From a phage, in sequence record PZ386977.1: 64,000 bases of DNA. One strand, 5' to 3'. Every line of letters starts with the position of its first letter. Within the stretch, counting starts at the first letter, position 1. The translations under genes and the position numbers were made by a program. The notes under the pieces are model-generated. The model was not told where the DNA came from. It worked only from the letters and a program-made list of their open reading frames with translations, and did not search any database. Below, in pieces: positions 58,275-64,000 of the stretch.

Positions 58275-59717
58275 TTAAAATTTTAACTCATTGGCTAAGC
58301 TATCTAGGTCAGCACGTGTTGCTTTGGCTTTACCTACGCGTTCCGTGCGATTCACCTCTGCCTGACGCATCTGAGCACCTGCGTTTTCATTTACTGTGTT
58401 AGGTGTGTTCATGCCTTCTTGCTCAATCTCAACCCATTTCTGATTGCCTTTACGTACACCCATCAAGAACTTGTTCCACTTATTCTTATCACCATATCGT
58501 GATTTGATTTGTTTGATAAGTTGTTGTTCAGCTTGTGCAAGTTCTTCGGTTTCAATTACGGCCAACATGAAATCTGCCGTTGCTGGTAAACCTGCTGATT
58601 CTGCAATATCACTCATGTTCATGTCTGAAGCATCCCATGCTGCACGTCCTACTTGGGCTGCAGTCCATAGAACTGTTTCAGATTCTACTGCTAATGCACG
58701 AAGTTCTTCTGCGATAGCTTTAACTAATGTGTAACTATTTTCAGTGTAAACTCTGATACGACAAGACCCACAAATACCTAAGTAATCAACCATGATTACA
58801 GATGGCACAAAGTTCTTCTTAAGTTTTAACTCATTAAGCAATGCACGGAATGTATTAGCATTAGCTCCACCAGTAGGATACTGTTTAACTACTAAACGTC
58901 CTAATGTTGTTTTTGAACGCCATTTTTCCATCTTGGCTTTATATTCAGCATAAGATACGTTACCATCATCGATATCATCGAGTGATACGTCAAGCATGTT
59001 TGCGTCTATACGCTTAGCACAAACTTCTTCAGCCATTTCCATGGAAATATAAAGAACATTATGTCCTGTTTGAAGATAATCTGCAGCAAGTGAACAAAGG
59101 CCTAAAGATTTACCAACGTTAACACCGGCCATTAAAACATTCAGTGTACCTGTTTCTGCACCACCTTTGGTGATTTTATTAAGAATGTTTAATTTGAACG
59201 GGACCTTACGTGCTTTATTTAGATAAGAAAGCCAGCGTGCTTCGTAGTCTTCCATCCAGTCATGACCAACATAACTATCAAACGAAATTGAAAGTGCTTG
59301 ACGCATAATATCAGGAATAGCTCCTACGTCAGGCATTTTCTTGTTACGTTGTTCTGGAGGTAGTTCAGCATTAGACTGAATCTCAATGATTTTGGATGTA
59401 GCATTATACATCGCTTTTTGCTGAACATATTTCTCAGTTTCTTTAACCAACCATTCGTGGTCTTCAGGAGTATCAGCCAATTTTTCAATTAGGTCCGAAG
59501 TTCCTTTATATTCGGCTTCAGTTAAAGAACTGTTATCTAAAGCCACCTTTAATGCATTGATAGATGGCATTGCATTATATTCGTTAACGTGGCTCTTTAT
59601 AATTTTAAAGACATTTTTTGCCGGTCCACGCTCAAAGTAATCAGAATCCATATAAGGCCAGACCTTAGAAAAATAAGCCTGGTCGTATACTAGATGAGAC
59701 AAAATAATTTCTACCAC
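58275..59717 (-). CDS. 41: gp41 replicative DNA helicase (DnaB-like)
   Basis: 480 aa; Walker A AGVNVGKS; RecA-fold helicase motifs. Confidence 0.95.
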   Translation of the reverse strand: MVEIILSHLVYDQAYFSKVWPYMDSDYFERGPAKNVFKIIKSHVNEYNAMPSINALKVALDNSSLTEAEYKGTSDLIEKLADTPEDHEWLVKETEKYVQQKAMYNATSKIIEIQSNAELPPEQRNKKMPDVGAIPDIMRQALSISFDSYVGHDWMEDYEARWLSYLNKARKVPFKLNILNKITKGGAETGTLNVLMAGVNVGKSLGLCSLAADYLQTGHNVLYISMEMAEEVCAKRIDANMLDVSLDDIDDGNVSYAEYKAKMEKWRSKTTLGRLVVKQYPTGGANANTFRALLNELKLKKNFVPSVIMVDYLGICGSCRIRVYTENSYTLVKAIAEELRALAVESETVLWTAAQVGRAAWDASDMNMSDIAESAGLPATADFMLAVIETEELAQAEQQLIKQIKSRYGDKNKWNKFLMGVRKGNQKWVEIEQEGMNTPNTVNENAGAQMRQAEVNRTERVGKAKATRADLDSLANELKF

Positions 59718-59726
59718 GATAACTCC

Positions 59727-60089
59727 TTAAAAGAATTTAAATTTTTTCTTGGTCCGTTCATTAAAAGCTTGTTGTACTTGCATTGTAACACATTTTTCAA
59801 CATGTGGTGCAAGTTCTGCTTTTCTGTCTTGGTCAAGAACTGCAAAGTCCATTACGATTTTACCATCAACCCAGTCTAGTTTTGTAATATAGACTATATG
59901 ATGGGAACCGTCTTCAAGTGTAATCAGAATCTCTTGAATGACATTTTCCATTGCTGAACGGACAATTTTAAGAGATTCATTAAACACTCGTTCTTTGCGA
60001 ATGTCCTCCCCTTCCAAAGAAGGGGATTCATCAACGATTTCTAGATTTAAATCATCGAGATTATTCATCGAAATCTTCCATTTCGTCAA
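59727..60089 (-). CDS. 40: gp40-like head vertex assembly protein (by position between uvsX and 41)
   Basis: 120-aa ORF; true start may be the internal MNNLDDL. Confidence 0.55.
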   Translation of the reverse strand: MTKWKISMNNLDDLNLEIVDESPSLEGEDIRKERVFNESLKIVRSAMENVIQEILITLEDGSHHIVYITKLDWVDGKIVMDFAVLDQDRKAELAPHVEKCVTMQVQQAFNERTKKKFKFF

Positions 60090-61233
60090 GGTCGTTTTCT
60101 ATATCTGCTGCAGACGGAGCATCAGAAGCTTTAACCGGAACTTTAGTTGTTGCTTTGCAATTAATAAGGTCGTTAACAGCGTCATCAACTTCTTTAATAG
60201 AAGAGATAGCACCTAGTTTATATTTAGTTTCAATTGCATCTCGGAAAGGTTTGTGTTTAAACAACGGTCCCCAGAATTCTACACAATCAGTAGCTTTAGC
60301 ACGCCACGATTTCTCTTCACGAATCATTTCACCTGTTTCTTCGTCAAGGAATTCACGAGCATACCAACCAGCTTTAGGCTTAACAACAAATCCAATTTCA
60401 GTTGCCATTTCTAACAAGCCACTGAATGGGTCGATACCGCCATCAAAATTAACCGTGATCGGGAAAGTAGATTTCTCTTTAACTGTACGAGATTTTTCTG
60501 CTTTCAACGTGAAGTCATAACCGGTCAATTCTGTACCTTCTTTAACCTGACGTTTAGAGATAAAGAATACAGTGTTAGCAGAGTAAAGAATACCTGTACC
60601 ACCACCCATAATCTCTTTAGGATATAGTCCGCCTATTTCCATTGCTGTATGGTTGATTGCAACACACGGAATATCTTTAATAGTCAGATAAGGAGTCACA
60701 ATACGGAACAGAGATTTAAGTGCCTTAGCACGAGACATATCACCTACGACTTTCTCGTTCAATGCATCTTCGGTTTCTTTCTTAGATGCAGTATTACCGA
60801 TTGAATCGATAAAGATAATAACTTTATCACCGCGTTCAATAGCGTCAAGCTGATTAGTCATATCAACTTTAAGTTGTTCGACAGATTGAATCGGAGTATG
60901 AACTACACGGTCTAAATCGACACCCATTGAACGAAAATAAGATTCTGAAGCACCGAATTCCGAGTCATAAAACAAACAGATTGCATCTTTATATTTCTTC
61001 ATATACGCTGCAACCATAGTCAGTCCAAACAATGTTTTAAAATGTTTAGAAGGTGCAGCAAAAATAGTCAAGCCTGATTGCAATCCTGCATTCAGAGCAC
61101 CACCTAGTGCGATATTCAACATCGGAATACGAGTAGGGACTTCATCACGATTATTAAACAGCTTAGACTTAGTCAAGTCTGCAGTCATTTTAGAAGTAGA
61201 AGCTTTAATCAGACGAGATTTTAAATCAGACAT
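60061..61233 (-). CDS. uvsX: UvsX RecA-like recombinase
   Basis: 390 aa; Walker A context and RecA core; acidic C-terminus DLDEMEDFDE. Confidence 0.95.
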   Translation of the reverse strand: MSDLKSRLIKASTSKMTADLTKSKLFNNRDEVPTRIPMLNIALGGALNAGLQSGLTIFAAPSKHFKTLFGLTMVAAYMKKYKDAICLFYDSEFGASESYFRSMGVDLDRVVHTPIQSVEQLKVDMTNQLDAIERGDKVIIFIDSIGNTASKKETEDALNEKVVGDMSRAKALKSLFRIVTPYLTIKDIPCVAINHTAMEIGGLYPKEIMGGGTGILYSANTVFFISKRQVKEGTELTGYDFTLKAEKSRTVKEKSTFPITVNFDGGIDPFSGLLEMATEIGFVVKPKAGWYAREFLDEETGEMIREEKSWRAKATDCVEFWGPLFKHKPFRDAIETKYKLGAISSIKEVDDAVNDLINCKATTKVPVKASDAPSAADIENDLDEMEDFDE

Positions 61234-61286
61234 TGTATTTTTCCATAGGCATCATTATATTTTACTCATGTTTAAAAGATAAGACG

Positions 61287-61311
61287 ATTATATACTAAGG
61301 GTTATACAGCA
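61287..61311 (-). promoter_or_regulatory. candidate middle promoter for uvsX (MotA-box-like TGCTGTA, 12-nt spacer, TATAAT)
   Basis: Plus tacagca 61305-61311, attata 61287-61292; one mismatch to TGCTTtA. Confidence 0.45.
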
Positions 61312-61331
61312 TTTAAAACTTTAAATGGCTC

Positions 61332-61880
61332 TTAACGAGCCCATTTGATGATTTCTGTAATCAAACCATTACGTTCGCTTGCATTAAATCCTATAACTTT
61401 GTTAGCACCATCATGATTAAGTAATTGATACGTTTGGATTTTGTTATGAATTGCAAACTCTTCAAAATGTGAAATGACTGTATTAAAACCGAATGAAGAC
61501 AAAGTAATAAGGTCGTCTTCAAAACTTTCAGTCATTTCGTTACGTGTTAAAATAATTGTGAACACATCATGGTTTTGGCAAAGACGAACATAATCCTGCT
61601 CATAAACATCAAGAACAGAGTCCGCATCTTGTCGAATACGTCCATAAACCCAGTTACTAATATATCCACGGTCTAACAGATAAATCTTAGTAGGGTCTAA
61701 ATAATTCAACATCGTTTCGAAACAGCCAACTTCATTTCTAGACTTAACATCGAAACGTCCATCAACTGTTCGTTTAGGGAAATCAATCTTTACATATCTT
61801 TCACTAATTTCCATTATGTCATTAATGAAAGTTGTTTTACCAGCATTATCCGGGCCATCTACTAAAATAATTTTAGCCAT
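61332..61880 (-). CDS. P-loop nucleotide/nucleoside kinase-like protein (TMK/dNK fold)
   Basis: 182 aa; Walker A VDGPDNAGKTT and LLDRGYISNWVYG resembling the thymidylate-kinase DRY...S..AY motif; GAGGA SD. Confidence 0.55.
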   Translation of the reverse strand: MAKIILVDGPDNAGKTTFINDIMEISERYVKIDFPKRTVDGRFDVKSRNEVGCFETMLNYLDPTKIYLLDRGYISNWVYGRIRQDADSVLDVYEQDYVRLCQNHDVFTIILTRNEMTESFEDDLITLSSFGFNTVISHFEEFAIHNKIQTYQLLNHDGANKVIGFNASERNGLITEIIKWAR

Positions 61881-61881
61881 T

Positions 61882-62781
61882 TTATTCCTCGATTACGACA
61901 TCTTCGTATTTAGGTATATTATACGGTGAAGAAATTAAAGCATTAAAGTAGATGAACTCACCAAGACCTGGATGGAATACTTCTTCAGGATTTTCGAAAT
62001 ATTGAATCTTCGGACGTCCTTTAAGAATTTGATAGTACTCAGTTTTAGTTGGATTAAAAATTCGAATCAGCGCTTCTTCAGGATACTTATTTCTGTCGAA
62101 ACTATTATTTGGATCAGTTATATAAAGCGGTTGACCTAATTGAATTGCGCATTCAACCACTTGTTCAAAACGATAGCATGGGTCACTAATTCGAAATGGA
62201 TGAAAAATACCATCTAGATGAATAGGAGCCAAATCACCTACAAGACGCTGCATGACGGAAGGACATATAACTTTCTGCGTTACGATAATCTTATTACCAT
62301 CTGCACCTGCGTTAACCAGCACTTCTTTTTGACGTTCATTCAACACAGTAGTTTGAAGTGAACGATTAACAGACAACATGTCGGTTTTTAAGAATTCATC
62401 AATATAAAAACGTGGTTTATTAGGGTCTGCAGTGATATTGAAATTGAATTCTACGTCAAAAGCGCCATCATATCCAGTGATATCTGTGATTAGAAAATCA
62501 CAATCATAATAAGCAATTAATGAATCAACCACAAATTCATTTTCAGACCAGAAATATTTACGAGTGTTATACGCGTTATCTTTATACCATAATGGAACAA
62601 ACTTAAATTCTGGGAAAAGACGTTCACATTCTTTAATATCAGATGCATTACGTGGATATGTAATCACATCACCTGGATTAGCACGGTGCAAATGAAGTTG
62701 GAAGTTGCCATCCTTAAGGATGGCATACTGTCCAGTTTCATAAGACCGCATACTCAAGATTGGTACGCGGAAAATAGCCAT
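61882..62781 (-). CDS. hypothetical protein (299 aa) in the slot where T4 has beta-glucosyltransferase
   Basis: ORF track; start overlaps next gene stop; no recognised motif. Confidence 0.55.
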   Translation of the reverse strand: MAIFRVPILSMRSYETGQYAILKDGNFQLHLHRANPGDVITYPRNASDIKECERLFPEFKFVPLWYKDNAYNTRKYFWSENEFVVDSLIAYYDCDFLITDITGYDGAFDVEFNFNITADPNKPRFYIDEFLKTDMLSVNRSLQTTVLNERQKEVLVNAGADGNKIIVTQKVICPSVMQRLVGDLAPIHLDGIFHPFRISDPCYRFEQVVECAIQLGQPLYITDPNNSFDRNKYPEEALIRIFNPTKTEYYQILKGRPKIQYFENPEEVFHPGLGEFIYFNALISSPYNIPKYEDVVIEE

Positions 62782-63497
62782 TAGTCAAGGAATCCTTTAA
62801 CATAATCAAAATCACGTTCAAACACATGGGCACTTACCATGGTATGAGTATAATCACCAACTTCTACACCGCATTCGTTAGCGATATAATGAAGTAATTT
62901 TCCTTGGAGATAAAAATCCAACTGCATAACAACAGCACAGTTCTGAGAACGCATATGACAGTGGGTATAAAGCTTACCATCACGAATATAATAAGTTACT
63001 GAGTCAGTACATGGATATTCAAGTGTTTCGTCCGAATCAAGCAAAGCCTGATCAGAACTTTCTAGAATTTGGAACACAACTCTTCGAGAGTTAGGTTTTT
63101 CTTTAAGTTCTTTTAGAAGAGTTGGTAATTGGGCCGCAATGCGAGGACCATAGAAAGTGTTGAAGTTCGCCGGCAAAACATCTGATTTTGGTTTAGAAAT
63201 AAATTTAGCGACATTAGGATATGCCTTAAACGCTTCTTCTGCGTTGGTACCACCAGAAATCATAAACTTCCAGAAGTCTTCGGCATATTCATAAGAGATG
63301 CGGTTAATACGTGGGTCGGTCATTTTGAATGATGACGGATTGTCAACAACTACTGTCATGGACCCAATTTCATTACAACGTCCAATACGAGAATCAGTTA
63401 CGAATTCCGGGTTTTCTAAAATTTCACGATTGACTGCTTTAAATGCGGTTTGAAAATCTGCGGCTTTGATATATTTCATTGTGTTATGTTTTCCCAT
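62781..63497 (-). CDS. 42: thymidylate-synthase-superfamily enzyme at the gene 42 position (dCMP hydroxymethylase-like)
   Basis: 238 aa; PNSRR phosphate-binding motif and catalytic-Cys region YPCTDSVTYYIRDGK...MRSQN; GAGG SD. Confidence 0.65.
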   Translation of the reverse strand: MGKHNTMKYIKAADFQTAFKAVNREILENPEFVTDSRIGRCNEIGSMTVVVDNPSSFKMTDPRINRISYEYAEDFWKFMISGGTNAEEAFKAYPNVAKFISKPKSDVLPANFNTFYGPRIAAQLPTLLKELKEKPNSRRVVFQILESSDQALLDSDETLEYPCTDSVTYYIRDGKLYTHCHMRSQNCAVVMQLDFYLQGKLLHYIANECGVEVGDYTHTMVSAHVFERDFDYVKGFLD

Positions 63498-63539
63498 GTT
63501 TACCTCAATACAATTTATTATATACTCGATTCGTAAAGC

Positions 63540-63779
63540 TTATTTGAATTTCTTGGCAGTGTTGATATACCGTAAAGCTTCAGCATCGATACTTCCAAGA
63601 ACACTATGAAGAAATGCATCAGCGTAGTATTCCAATTGAACAGGTTCTTTAATCACTTTAGCCGCTTTGGTTTCAAACAGGCCCATAAGGGCCTTTTTAA
63701 GAATTTGTTCGTTAGTGTTCAGTTTAATAGTCAAAATCTCTTCATTAAGTTGATGATTAAAAGTTTTTCTAGAAATCAT
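63540..63779 (-). CDS. hypothetical protein (79 aa)
   Basis: ORF track. Confidence 0.5.
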   Translation of the reverse strand: MISRKTFNHQLNEEILTIKLNTNEQILKKALMGLFETKAAKVIKEPVQLEYYADAFLHSVLGSIDAEALRYINTAKKFK

Positions 63780-63970
63780 TCCGGGTACCTCAGAGCGTCA
63801 TCAGAGTTAGTTATATCAATAATAGATATAGAGTTTTCTGCTAACCCGTTTTTAGATAATTGACGTTTATAATATCTTTCACAATATGTACACGTTGATC
63901 CGCAGATTTCATTAGCACAATCAAAATCTGGATGTCTGAACCACCTTTTTTCTAAAAAGCCATCTAACAA
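63776..63970 (-). CDS. small Cys-rich protein (64 aa), possible zinc binding
   Basis: CANEICGSTCTYCERYY cluster of five Cys. Confidence 0.45.
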   Translation of the reverse strand: MLDGFLEKRWFRHPDFDCANEICGSTCTYCERYYKRQLSKNGLAENSISIIDITNSDDALRYPE

Positions 63971-64000
63971 AGAGGTTTCAATATTTACTGTATGTGAAAA

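Overview
This 64-kb window is one contiguous block of a T4-like (Tevenvirinae) myovirus genome, spanning the conventional origin of the T4 map. Gene order is collinear with T4. Minus strand, read in window order: small 30.x-like genes, rIII, 31, cd, pseT, alc-like, rnlA(63), denA, nrdB, nrdA, td, frd, 32, 59, 33, dsbA, rnh. Plus strand: the late long-tail-fibre operon 34-35-36-37-38 and holin t. Minus strand again: asiA, arn-like, motA, 52, ndd, denB-like, rIIB, rIIA, 39, dexA, dda, modA/modB-like, soc, 56, 61, sp-like, dmd-like, 41, 40, uvsX and a 42-like gene. All identifications rest on recalled protein sequences and motifs, not on a database search. From memory Soc looks closer to RB69-type phages than to T4 itself. 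Departures from T4: an AroG-like DAHP synthase coupled to cd; a candidate glycosyltransferase between rIIA.1 and gene 39; a kinase-like gene plus a 299-aa unknown gene where T4 has beta-glucosyltransferase; three tandem paralogues upstream of dexA; unsplit gene 39; intron-less td and nrdB. The last three CDSs together with the glycosyltransferase candidate are my best candidate for a DNA hypermodification system differing from T4 glucosylation. Regulatory structure is dense: about 27 early promoters (GTTTAC/TGTACA -35, TAnnAT -10), many embedded in inverted repeats (PeSL-like cassettes); two MotA-box middle promoters; five TATAAATA late promoters; and a family of near-identical UUCG/CGAA-tetraloop hairpins. 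No tRNA, rRNA, CRISPR array, transposase or homing-endonuclease gene was seen.
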